A DNA stretch of 64,000 nt from Daphnia carinata. Its lineage: Eukaryota. The notes below the pieces were generated by a model that saw only the letters and a program-made list of their open reading frames with translations, was not told where the DNA came from and ran no database searches. Location: the NCBI RefSeq assembly GCF_022539665.2, contig NC_081332.1, positions 3,162,001 through 3,226,000 of the forward strand. Reading direction: 5' to 3'. This document shows positions 47,303 to 60,583 of this stretch, in pieces. Position 1 is the stretch's first letter. The number at the start of each line of letters is the position of its first letter. The translations under genes and the position numbers were made by a program.

Positions 47303-50300
47303 GTGTTCGTCTTCCGAGAACGGAAAACGTCAGCAGGAAGAGGTTCTGTTTTTGGCTTTAGCTGTCGCCTGTGCGTAACAAGTGCACGCAGGCAACGAAA
47401 CGAGCTCAACTGGCAATCGATAAATGTGGGGGACTTTTTTTTTTTTTTTGTATTTTATTTAGAGTCACTAAGCGATTTCGTTTTCTCTGCCATTGTTTAG
47501 TGTAGAGCAATCGGAGACAAATGAAAGTTAGACATTTGTTTCAAACGCGCTTTGTCTCGTTAGTTTTTCCAGAGAAAGAATCAGAAAAGAAACGCGTTTC
47601 ATTATTTTCGACGTTTCTCTGTGCAAGAGTATTTCTTTTTCGTTATGTATATATATGTACATGAAAACGAGCTCGACAGGTTCCTCTTCCTTTGAGGCTG
47701 ACAGACGATGTCGAACGAACCGTAACCCGTCGACTTGGCGGAAGAACATCACAGAGAGAATCCGCCGTTTGAGGAGGAAAAATCCCCGACGACATATTTC
47801 AGTTCTAATCCCCATCCTCCCTCTACTCCACCCTTCAATTTACATAATACAGTGTGTGTATATATTTATATATACACACATCTCTAACGATCGATACATC
47901 TCTCTCCGTGCGTGCCTGTGTGCCGGTGCATTTATTCACATTTGCCCTTTTCAAAGAACAAGTTGGATAATGGGGCATCAGTAGAAATGAGGAAATAAGA
48001 ATTTGTGCCTTTTATTTTCGTTTGGATGAATTGGGCAGAGAGAGAAAAAAAAAACGTGAAAAACGAAAGTTGTAAGAAATTGAGCAGATTATTTATTTTA
48101 GCTTTAGCGCACGACGTATATAAGAGGATCGGATTGGTGCAGCACCAGACTTTCATCCATTGTCCGTCTTCGCTTTATTTTTTTTTTTTTTCAACGACAT
48201 TCCACCTGACTGAAGTCTTGCCCGTTCTTCAGTCTTTTTTTTTTTATTTTTGCCCCATTCAACCAGACGGAAGTACGCTTAAGAAAAAGTGTTTGAAAAA
48301 GGGAATTATAGATTTTTAATATTTCAAGAAATAGAAGTTTGTTTGGGTGATGTTTCTAAGGATTGGAAACGAGCAAAAATTGAGCCCCCCCCCCTCTCTC
48401 GAGAAGTGCTGCAAGTGCTCCTTGTGATATAAAAGCTTTGTGAGCCGATTGCGTAGCCAAGTGTAACTACTAAATTCTAAAGTGAAAAAGATGGAACTCA
48501 AATAGAGGAAAAAAATGATTTTCGCACTCTCTTTTTGCGCCCAGCACTTGAATAGAAAATTGCGTCCGCCCCTCTGACGCATTAACGTTCGATTGTTGGC
48601 AAAATTTGATTCCATTCAAATATTATTCGTTCTACTTAAATGTCACGGAGCAATGTATCATCATCATACGAAAATGGCCGAGCGGATGTAGCCTCTGGCT
48701 GCAGGTCGAACAGGAAATGAAAACGGTCACTGAGGATTGTGTGTGTGTCTCTGCGTATTGTCCGTCCCTGGGAAAATCAAGTCGTATATCTTTTTCGGCC
48801 AACGACGGCCGTTATGAACTGCCATCACACTCAAACGCAATGATGGGAGGTGGCCCTTTTTTTTTTCTTTTTACAGGCCAATCAACTGGGGCGTTGCCAT
48901 TTTCTCCGAGGGGGATGGGTGAAGCACTTTTAGACATGCTACGTTTACAAGTGACATTTGAACTTATCCTTATGCCCGACGGTCAAAAAGGTCCAGCTCT
49001 TACAACATGAGAGCGTAACCTTTTGGCTTCATTTAAACAAACAACACTTTTTTTTGTAAACGATTTTTTTTTTCCCCTGGTTAGTTAAGAGGGAAACTGA
49101 TATTGATGCTCATTGTTATGTTGGAAGTGAATCAGCATGAAATGAAACAGTTGATAAGCAAATAACGTTTGTACAAGTTAGAAAATCGAGCCAAGGCAAA
49201 CCACGGCGAGTATCTCTCTCATCGTCCGCTTGCATTTACGGTCCTGTGTGTGTTTATCCTCGAATAGAGTTTGCTTTTCGTGCAGTTTGGGCCGAAAGAG
49301 AGGCCCTTCTGGCAGTCTGACGTTGCCGAGGGAACAGACGGGATCTATCTCGTTTGGGGAGCCCAGCTGAGATTGTTCAAACTCTGTTTGCAGTTTGCTC
49401 TCCCCGCTCAGCTTTCAAGTGAAAAAAGAAAAAGAAAAAAAATACTCACCAGCGTACATAACCCTGGCTACTCGGCCTCAAGCGAAAGATACCGTACAAA
49501 CTAGTCAGCCATTCTTGTTGGATGATGGCACATTACGAGCAAAAGTTTTCTTTTGTTACAGAATTGGGATAGGAAAAAAAAAAGAAAAGAAACTTTCTAT
49601 TTTCGCAAAAAAGGTTATGTAGTTTTAGGTGTATGCTATTAAGTGATTCTATTTCAGCTCTAGGATATGGCAATCTTTTATTTTTTTAAATGATGGTGAA
49701 TTTTCGGAAACAACATTCGACATGTTTTGTTATGTTTTACGATTCGGCTCGATCATTTAGCGGCCGTCCTCTCGTGTCAATGTTACTCCGACTGTAGCCA
49801 AAATAAATAGATAATTGATTGAATAGACTAAAGGATGCCTTGTTTTGCAAGTTATCGATTGTATTATGTTGATCTTCTAACAAAGAAAAACGTCGTAACT
49901 TTGATCAACAACCATTCCATTTTGTCGACTGTTTTTAGAAGCCATAAGATTCTTACGACAATGCGAGAGAGTTGGTCCGAACGACGACGTGTATAAACGA
50001 CATCAAATCAAATGCAATCGTATTTCTTTCCTCCTTTTTTTTTTTTTTTTTTATCTCTACGGGCAACCAAACCGTCTGTATATTTTTATATCCGTCGTAT
50101 AAACTGAAAGAGACTTGAATCCACGTCATTCCGATCAGACAAGAATGGCTCTCGAGGTCCATTGGGTTTTTTTTCTTTTTCGTGCAGATTTCCAGGAGAA
50201 GCAAAGTAGTTTTTCGTGGAACTCGAGTGTTTTGTTTGACCCAACGAAGAATACGAGAGAGCCAAAAAACCCTCCCCGCCGTTTGCACAGTTTCCTTCAA

Positions 50301-52075
50301 GATCATCCCGAGAAAGTATATGATGCCTTTAAACGCTTGACTTCTTGCTTTTACTGGATTTCTTTCCCCGATTTTTTTTTCCTATATAAAAAGAGAATCT
50401 CTAGGCCCTTGCAACGAAACCTATGTGTATACATTTGCTGTGTAAAGTCGTCGAGCTCAAAGTATGGCCGTGATGCCATGGGCATTTCAAATCGAATCCG
50501 GTCCTTCTACACACACACACACACTCGAATTCGAGTGGGCAACGGGGGCAAACCTCCACTCGCGCTGTTACATCGATACGGTGGTGTATAAGATTCCTTT
50601 TTTTCTTTTGTCATCGTGCCAAAATATCCTTTGTTTGGGACTTTTTTTTTTTTTTTCCGCTCTCTCTCTCTCTCGTCATACTGCTGGAGAAGAGCCCAGG
50701 TTTTTCTGGGGGGGGGGGGGGGGGAGCTTTAAGGAATTGCGTTGGTCATGCCATTTCTTGTTTTTTTTTTTTTGTTTTTTTGTAATCAGCTCCCGATCTA
50801 CCTTACGTCTAGCGCAGTTGTTATGTACGATTTGAAAGAAAAATAATAATCAACTCATTTCTTGTGTATTGATCCGAGGGAAACGCGTGGAAAATTGTAT
50901 TTTCCAATGATATCAAAAGTAGACGAGCCCATTATGCAAATCAACGGCCGTGTACACATTTCAATAAAAAAAAAAAGGGGGGGATGGTGGGCGATGCATC
51001 AAATATCAACTGGGAACGGGCGGTACCGCGTGATTTGGCTACCTTTTTTTTGTGAAGGGCACATGCGATTCTCGAGCCAAAAGAAAAAGAGTCTTCGATA
51101 TATATATTTTTTAGTATTATTATCTGCGTGCCCAACGACGCGGTGGATGTCTCGGTCCGTCTGACCTATGGACACCACCTCCTCCGTTCCGTAGAAAGAG
51201 GGCGTTAATTATCGTAATGGAGTCGACTTTTGCGGTCGACTACGTTACAAGAACACAGTCACTATGGCTGGGCATTTTTTTTTTTTTTGTGTTTTTTAAA
51301 AGCTATAGCCTATTTTTGGCTACGCACCACACGGAGAGAGAACAAGGCGAAAATGGTTTTTCTTTGTAAAGACCTGCCCCCCTACCACAGCAGCCGGTTC
51401 TAATAATATGAACATGGCGGTAGAAAATGTTTTTTTTTTTTTTTTGACGTCATCTTTCCCTTCGCCGTGAAATAGTTAACTGTCTCACGGCGTGCCCCGC
51501 TACATTATGCAAGTTGGAAATAGACGATGGCTTTCGAGTTCGTCCGCTTTGCCCACCTCCACTGTTTTTTTTTTAATTTATTTATTTTTGAATTATTGCA
51601 ACTATTGCCGTGTCCCGACGTTACGTCCGTAATACTTTCCCAATTGGCGACGAAGCGTTTGAACAGACGCAGCACCGCCTGAATCATGTCGATGATTGAG
51701 ATAATGACGTCGAAAGTATTTAGCCAACAGATTTTACTTGCCCATATTTGTTTTTGCTTTTTGTTTTTTTCTAGCGACATTAAAATTTGGCATCTACGCC
51801 TATTATGAGAGCCCCTTTGTTTTCTGAATGTGTTGCTAAACATTTTTTTTTTTTTTTTTTTTTTTTTGCTCTGTTCTATTTATACAGATTGCGGGTAACG
51901 TGGAAAAAGCAATCTCAACCGACTTGGGCCCAACGGACCTTTAAAGATAATCATCGCTGGAAGAAATCAGAAAAACAAGTTAAGGGGAGTGTAGACCTCC
52001 CCTTCTGCCGACATTTTCAATACAGCTGGAAAGAAGAAAAAAAAAAAAAAGGGGCACATCGGGCCAGACGAACGA

Positions 52076-55000
52076 ATGAAGAGAATGAGGAACAAGACCC
52101 TTTTACTCCAAGTGATGAATAAGAGCACTTTAGCGCCGCTGTGCGTCTTTTGCATCATTTTGCAGGCGTCTCTCTCGCGAGGTATGTCAACAATTTCTAT
52201 ATTTCTTCGTTCACCATTTTTGCGGGAGTCATTCGCGCGGTTTGTCCCGCACTTTTATTGACTGTTTATTTTTCGCGGCGTGCGAGATATCGATCCCGTT
52301 CGACGTTGTTTCTCAGCGTAAAACTTTGTCGCCATTCTGTTCCGCTCCTGCGATTTCTTTTGTTAGTTAGAGGGCAAATTGTCAGCGTCCTTTTTTGTCT
52401 TTGTACCTTGTAGTGCGAACTTTTAGACGTCTCGCTATTCCCTTCGTTTGCTTTGGAATGACGCCATTTTTCTTTTTGTGCAAAAAAAAAAGGGAAAAGA
52501 AATCGATCGCCATCGATTTTTCCGTGGTGTGTGGTTTCGATGTTTATTCAACAATTTTTTTCCTTTTCTTCGCCCCCCCCCCCCCACACACGGATCGTTT
52601 GTTTTTCTATCGCCTCTGATAGTGCAGAAGCGGCGGAAATTATAATGTGGGGGAGAGCCGAGAGGCTCCAGTGAAATTTAACGTACTCCAGGCCGCCGTG
52701 TCTATTTGCCAGGACGATGCGCCTCATTGGATTCATCCAATTGATTGACTATTGTCCTCTGGTGTGGAACACTTGCCAAGAAACTTAAACCCTCACCCGA
52801 AGACATTCTAAGTGTAGTTTGTAAAGCAGCATCTTAAACTTGAGGGCATCCTCTACATCTTTTCTTTCCTTTTTTTTTTATATTTTAACTAACATGATTG
52901 AGCTCTTGTATGCAGATGTGACTAGTTTGCAGTTCACTGTTTCCACACACACACACACACTCACACGCACACAATTACATATATTAAATGTTTATGGATG
53001 AAGTACTCTGCAAGTTTAGGGCATTTGTCTTCAGAAAGCAGTTTAACTCCTTCCAAAAGTTGATTGCTGCACTTGCCCTCGCCGCATTTCATTCCAGACT
53101 CGCACACACGCACAATATGTTTGACGTAGTCGTCGCGTACATACTGCCACGCCCTTATGGAGGCTGATTCAAAACGTCATCGTAGAGCGTCTGTGAATGA
53201 CGTGTTCCATTCTCTCGTTTGTTTGTTTTTTCTTGTGGGGAGAGGCTGTAATAGAATTTGATTCCGAGTAATAATGGGCAAGAATGTAGTGAATTGTTGC
53301 GAACATTTTAGACATCCTTTCATAGCAAGAGAAATTGTTGAATCAAAATCACCGTAACAGCGTCATTCACGAGACCAAAGTCGCGAACGATCAATTAGTT
53401 TTCTGCGCAAATCTCGGCATTTTTGATCGGATGCCTCGGATCATTTCGCGGCGTGTTTCAACCCCAGGTTTCAGCATAATGGGTTACTCATTTGGTAGCT
53501 TTCGCTTGAAGCGCGAGCTGCATTACAGTTTGGCTCGGAATAATCATTGTCGAATGCGGAGGCAAACGGGGGAGCGCTGTAATCCGAGTCTAAACCAAAG
53601 TGCACTCTCTGATCATTAAGACCTTTTCTCAAGAGCGGGGAGCTGTCGTAAAACAAGAGCGAAAAATTTAAAAAAAAAAAGGAATACAAAAAAAAAAAAA
53701 AATGGCTAATTGAGTTAGTGAAAGAGTAATGGTAGGTAGCGAGCTCGAGTATCACTTTTCCAATTAAGCAAGAGCTTCGACAATGATATGAAACGAAATA
53801 ACGCTAGAAAAAAGGGAGGGAAAAACAGGAAGAAAAAAAAGGGATGGAACATCTTTTGAACTAGAACACAATCGAATTCTTACATCATTTCATTCCGCCC
53901 TCTCGCTTTCACGCACATTGAGTTACCTGTAGACGTATGCGCCACTCAATTTCGGCCCTCACACTTTCAAAGATGTAAAAAAAAAAAAAAAAAAAATGCT
54001 TACTAAGCAGGTCGACATCAAAATTTAGATGTATTTTGTATGCATAAGCCAGGGGGGCGGCGGCAGCAGCAAGAGAAGGTCGATGAAAGAAAAGCCCGGC
54101 GCGTGATACGTCCGTGTTGCGTGCGTAGCGGGGACGAGATAAAATTCCAGATGCATTTCGTGATGCGAGTGTATATAGTGAATGCCCCACACATAAAAAA
54201 AAAAACTGAGCAGAAACTGAATTAAAGCGTAGCGTTGCGCATTGTCACTTACGTCTTATTTAAGCCGAAAAAAAAGAAAAAGGAGCTTAATAGAAGAAGA
54301 GGAAAGAAGATGGCGGACGATCGTGCAGTGAAAACCAAGGACACAATAAGCAACAATGGCACGCTGCTGGCAAAAGAGCAAATGTAATACATTTAAAAAG
54401 ATAGAGCCTCATTTTCTGGCACGTCCAGGAAAAAACTTCCGTATATCAAACGAAATAAACAACCGATAATAATAACGCACCCCGTACAGATACGATCTCC
54501 CCGTATAACTAGGGACATTATTGGACTGTATGACGTCAACAAGGCGAAGATGATTCCATGGTTTTTTTTTTTATTATTATTATTCACTTGTGCTTGAGAT
54601 GCCAGTTCCCTACTACCTTGTCATATGATAGCGTATGGAAATCGCGTGGGATGCCCGTATATCCGTTAAGACTTGACTACGCTGCAACGTCCATCCATAG
54701 TAGTTTTATATAAGTAGGGGGGGGGGATTCGCTTTCCACTGATTATGTACGTACGGGTGGGCGATGGGTATACCGAGAGTATCTGTCAAACCGTGTCAGA
54801 CCAATCCCGCAAGGTGAAAAGTGAGATGACGTTCAGAGACTGTCGCGTGAAACTTGCGGGAATCGAATCAAGAAGCGTCAGACGAGAAATCGTCCGATGG
54901 ATTAGTGAATGCGACGTTGCATTTCGTTTTCTCCTAATATTAGAGGGAGGGCATGGTAGAAGCTGTCTTGACTTTCAGTCGCAAATTCAATTGACTCAAG

Positions 55001-58000
55001 GGACTCTAAAAAACTGTTACGTGTGCCGTGACGAGTGCGTAAAATGTCCGCTATTGGACTTGAGCTCGCAGACGCAATTATTTCATTTCTGCAAGGTTAC
55101 GTCAGTTGCAGGCTTCGCTTCAGTAACAACAAACCAAACCAAAAACTGTTTATAACTTGTAGATGATAAAACACGAATGTCATGGCCAAAATATCCGCAC
55201 GTCACGCGTTTCTTAATGTAAAAGAATTGTTGATATTGGCTCAGGAAAGCTGTGTTGCGAAAAGCAAAAGGCAACTGCTAAATTTAATATCACGTTAGAA
55301 GTTGATGGAGTGGCGCTGTAGATTACGAAAGAAGAAAAAAAAAAGGGCGTGATTGTTCTGTGTTTCTGATGACGTTTATTTGATTGATTTACAAAAACAA
55401 GGAGCAGCAGCTGCGACGGTGGCGTCAACAGCGGCCATTGAGAAGAAAACGGAAGCGAACAAATCGTTTTCCTTTTCGGATCCAGCCGGACTTTTGCTGG
55501 CTCAGGCGGACGCGCCCTACCATCAGCAGCAGCATCCGCAACAAGAGCAACTGAACGACGTAGCCACTCCGTCACAGATGGACCTGTCAACGGGTTTGAT
55601 GGGATTGGATTCGGCCAACACGGACGAGCATCAGAGCGGCCCTGCAGCCAGTCCCGGGAGCGAGTCCGGTCCGCTTTTCGATCCGACAACTGAACGCAAC
55701 GTGACTGTCCTCGTCGGTCGAACTGCCAATTTGCACTGCCGTGTCCGTTACCTTGGCAACAGAACAGTTAGTTTTTTTGTTTTTTTTTCTTTTTCTATTT
55801 ATTTATTTTTATTTTCCAAACTTCGGACTTGTTTGTTAGTGGAACAAATGACCAACTCGTGAAAATAAGCGGAGGAAGAAAAGACCTTTATTTATTTATA
55901 GAGCACATCCCATTCTTTTTTTTTCTCGAGATTGCGGAATAGCTAACGCTTTAGAGCATCCTGTCCGGCCCAAAAAATATTGTTATGGCTTTTGATTGGC
56001 CATGCTTTAACTTTATGAACTGTCCCTTTTTTTTTTCTCTCTCTGTTGCAATGTCGGGAACTCGAACTATTGTTAAACATTAATTTATCTTTTTTAAAAA
56101 GGAGGTTGGGGGGGGGGGGGACCAAAAATAGTATGGAAAAGCGGATGCTTTCTTAACGGCTATTGTATTTTTACCACATCGTGATGGCAATTTAGTGGCC
56201 AGGGTAACCCATTGTGATTTCAACCACAAGGCCTATTATTTTAACTTTGATTTGTTTCATCCCCCCCCCCCTTTTTTTTTGTTACTTCTTTCTTTAAGAT
56301 GACAAAACTTGTTTCGTTTGTTGCCAGTCGATCATAACAGACAGTGTGTCACAGGAAAATATCCTTTTAAAAATCGACATCGAAGCATGTACACACAGAT
56401 GGGTGTTGTGTGTACAGCGTCAAGGGGACTTCAGCGGATCGTGTTCGATCCAATTAAAGGAGCCTCTCTCTCTTCAGTGCCACTCGCTCAAGGCAACAAA
56501 CAGTGGAAATCTTAGTGGTTAACATTGGCTCGCTGCCGTCCTCGTTCGAGGGTAGGCTTCTTCGTCAATAGAAAAACCCATCGTACTCGTTGTTGGCTGA
56601 CGGCTGTACCTGGAGGATCGGATTGCTTTCGCTTCACTAGTTACGACAACATCCTCGATAATAAGTTGAAAACGAATTTCACCCTTTGATGATTGTCGTG
56701 GATTTATATCGGATACACGGACGAGGATGACAGTTCTGCGGAACAAACGTCAATTCCAGTTGACCAATGTCCTTCGATTAAAAATTAGATTTATAACCAG
56801 CCGATTGAAAGGTTAGCTCATTTTTCAATTGACTTTGACAATTGTAAAAAAAAACACACTTGAAAAATGAAAGCTAGACAGATTACGTGTGTTCAAGTGG
56901 TAAGACAAGTATGTCTACGTGACGAAATCAAGAAGTTGGTTAGTTCTGGATGGGATCAATAATGCTAGCACATGCCAATACTACGTCCGTGTGTGTCTCG
57001 TCTTGTGGTTAACAAGAAAACAAGTCAAGTTGAAGTAGACGGCGGGGCAAAAAAAGAAAAAGTAATGTAATAGAATACTTGGGTATCATTTCCTATCTAT
57101 TCAGTGCAGGAGAAAAAGAGAAAGGAGTGGCGCTTTTGCAGTGAGGTTGTCTTACAAAAAAAAATTTTCCCAACGTTCACTTCCAGGAAAAGCCGCCATC
57201 TTGGCTGTGAAGGCAAAAAAGAGCGAACACGTTTTTATTTGACAAATGTCTTTTTTTTTTGGCCGTCAGTTACAAGATGTGGCAGCGCATAGATGTCAGC
57301 CCGGGACCCTATAGATTTGCCCCTTTTTATATATATATATATATATATATTTTCGTCAGTCGTGCAATCGAATAAAAAAGAGGGGGTCCTCTTTTTGACT
57401 CACGCGTTCACTGAGTGCAGAAGGACATGCCTACCTTTTTTTTCCCGAAATGTCCTGCTAGTCGCCATGCTATGAATAATGAACGCATCATGCACTAACA
57501 CCAATGCCTTGCTATCATCTTCTTCTATTTTTTCACGAAAAAAAAAAAAAGGTGAGCTGGATCCGACATCGTGACGTCCACATCCTGACAGTCGGTCGAT
57601 ACACGTACGCGTCCGACCAGCGCTTCAGCATTGTCAAAACGCGCCCGTCCGAGGATTGGACACTGCAAATCAAATTCACGCAAGCCAGAGACGCCGGATT
57701 ATACGAATGCCAGATATCCACTCAGCCGCATCGCAGTCAATTCATTCGATTAAATGTCGTCGGTTAGTTTCTTTTATTTGTCTTAACGCTGAACTGTTAT
57801 TTCATCGCTCGCGTATATTAGGTACGCTATTGACAAGTAGTTTTTGATTTATTTTTATGGCGTCCTTACTGGATAGAATCAATATATCACACTGCATTAG
57901 GAAAGGAGACCTCCTTTTTTTTTTTTTTTTTTTTTTGCTCTCCAACTTATAAGCCGTTCACGAAAGGAAACAAAACTGTCGTTTTCGGCTGTTGCTTGCG

Positions 58001-60583
58001 TTTCCGCCTTTTCTTTTTATGGTCGTGACACTCACGTCGCGACGTCAGTCTTTTTTTTTTGCAGAGGACGAAGAGAACGAAAGAAAAAAAAAAGAGCGAA
58101 AGTCTACTTTAAAAATTTATTGTACGGGCTCTCTGACTGTGTGTTGCAACTGCAGTTGACAATCGTAAAATGTATCCGAAATAAAGGGTTATCATATTAT
58201 CCCGAATGGCAGCAAGGTAACGTGTCCCCTTGCGTATAAAATGTGTAAAAAGCAAAAAAAGCACAAAGTTATCACCCGAAATAAAACAATAGCAAAACCG
58301 AATTGAGTGAGGGTTTTTACGGAGTTAAAGATTGCGTTTGTCTTTACGCGTCGAATGCGATTTGGTCTTTTATTTGCGTGCGTGTTTGCCATCATGAAAC
58401 GTCTGAAGAAAACGAAAACAACCTATGGGATTGCAGAGGTTAACTTTAAATGAATGATGATTGTGCTCTATTATTTCGATTGCAATGAAACCTCTTGATA
58501 ATTTCAAGAGTAAACTACGAGATTTAAAACACTGTGGTTAGGAAAACAGTAAACAATTTTTATTTACGACGCTCTACTCAAAGTTAATATACGGCGCCTA
58601 CTACTAGTTTCTGTTTAAAAAAAAAAAAGGAGGAGGGTGATTGCCATAAAGTATAATGCTGCAAGGTCGCGTGCACTTGTTTATGTATGAACGATACGCA
58701 CCCATGAAACATGTAAAGACCGTTTCTTTTGTTTTTGTTGGCTTTGCAATATTCTTTTCTTGATTTACTTTTATTGCTCGATCGTTACGATCCCGTTAAT
58801 GTCGACTCCTTATTTTTTAGGGTGTGTAGCAATTTTATAGTCCCTTTTTTTTCGTATTTGTGTGTGTGACAGACTAAGCTCTCCCGCTCGTTATTTCCAT
58901 TTTTTCCCCGTTTTGACGTCTAGTTGCATAATATTTCTTCTTTTTTTTCGTTTATTTTCTTATTTATGTTTTAATGTCAATATTTCTTTCATTCCTTTTT
59001 TCAGCCAACAAAATTTTTCAGTTACTATTTTTTCCGTTTCCCCCTTTTTTTTTTTTTTTTGTTGATGTGTAGATGACAGTCCTGTCGGTGATCAGGGTCA
59101 CGCGGCCACCGGATCAAAGTCATCCAAACTGGGCAAAAAGAATCTCGCCCAGTACAGTAATTTGAGTTAATTGAGTTCCATTTTGTTACTATGGTTGCCA
59201 CTTTTGCTGTTACTCTATTGAAACATCACTTTCATTTTTTCTTGCGCTTACAATAGTTTATTTTTATTCCTCTCTGTCTTTCTTTCTCTACTTTCGCCTA
59301 CCGCATTTTGATTGAAGTACATCACATGACTTCCATCATTAAATTCTCATCGTTTCCTTTTTCAGAAAAAAAAATCATTACTATTACTCAAATGAGCAGA
59401 TATTAGCATTTGTTAATCTTTCCATCTCTTTAAATTAACTTTTTTTTTTTTTGCTTAAATGAAAACTGCTCGACTTTCCTTTCAACTTTGGTTTATACTG
59501 TACTGTTGTAAACAAAAACAAAAAAAAACGAAAACAAAAAATCTTCTGTGAACGCTTCCAGCTCCCAAGGCGGTGATTCTGGGCGGACCCGAGTTCCACG
59601 TCGACGTCGGCAGTCACGTCAATCTGACTTGCATCGTCCAGTATAGTCCCGAACCGCCAGAGTACGTCTTTTGGCATCATCACGATCAAGTAAGCCTCAA
59701 TAATGAATGATTTTTTTGATTTTTTTGTTTAATTTAAAGAAAATGTTTCTGTCTGAAAACGTGAAATTCGTCGTCGTGTCGTTTCGTTTCCACTCCGATT
59801 TTTGGCTAATCATCCAAACGTGATCGAATACTTTGCATACTAGAAAGCCACTCAGTCATTTTCACTCCTCTCAGACACAGAAATACTCTGCATATTATCG
59901 TCGCCAAAATGTGACATTTGACGAATTCTTTCCAGCGAATTTCGCCTTTTTTTTTATTATTATTTAACGCCCCGCCTTCCTTTTCTCATCCTTTTCTTTT
60001 TGCCTCATTGTACACGGACGATGTCACACGGCTGAATGCTGATGTTTCCCATATTCACTTTGCACCATATATAACGAGAAAGCTAGTTTCCCGTTCTCTT
60101 TTTCTTTTAAAATCAAGAATACACATTTTCTTTCTTTTTTTATTTGTCAAAAGGAGCTGAGACACGACTCGTCACGAGGCGGCGTCGCCATCGTGACGGA
60201 TAAGACAAATCAAGTGACTTCAACTTCGCTGCTGCTTCGCCAAGTCCGTCTCTCCGACTCGGGCAAATATTCGTGCACGCCGTCCAACGCTGACCCGGCA
60301 TCTGTCACCCTTCACGTCCTCCAAGGTTTTACATCTTATTATTTATAGCTGTTTTTCGTTCGTTTGGCTCTTATGAGAGATTTTTTTTTTATAAATTCCG
60401 CTTTATAGTCATAATTTTTTGTTTGATTGGTATAATTTCTGTGTGCGAATATCATCAGGTGAACGACCGGCTGCCATGCAAAGCAACGCTGGAGTTTCGT
60501 CGCATTCGATCCGCTCTATTCTGCTGTTTCTTCCGCTAGGATTTGTCTGGCTCGATTACCGCCTAGTCGCTTGGGTCACGTGA
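52076..60583 (+). CDS. dpr: Dpr (defective proboscis extension response) family 2-Ig cell-surface protein, likely GPI-anchored
   Basis: Exons: 52076-52181 (signal peptide MNKSTLAPLCVFCIILQASLSRG); 55402-55766 (GPLFD..RNVTVLVGRTANLHCRVRYLGNRT); 57552-57762 (VSWIRHRDVHILTVGRYTYASDQRF..WTLQIK..RDAGLYECQIST); 59562-59689 (ILGGPEFHVDVGSHVNLTC..PEYVFW); 60154-60325 (DSGKYSCTPSN); 60459-60583 (GERPAAMQ plus hydrophobic tail). Intron phases are consistent. The paralog is not assigned. Confidence 0.93.
59073..59156 (+). other. Candidate alternative cassette exon of dpr (28 aa, phase 1-1)
   Basis: Long T-tract plus TAG acceptor, GTAATT donor, 84 nt open in the dpr frame, GC-richer than its flanks. Confidence 0.6.

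Noticed and set aside
32646..51843. Dozens of 60-175 aa ORFs in the dpr upstream region
   Set aside because: They are dominated by poly-F/K/G from homopolymers, have no recognisable domains and show no consistent exon structure.
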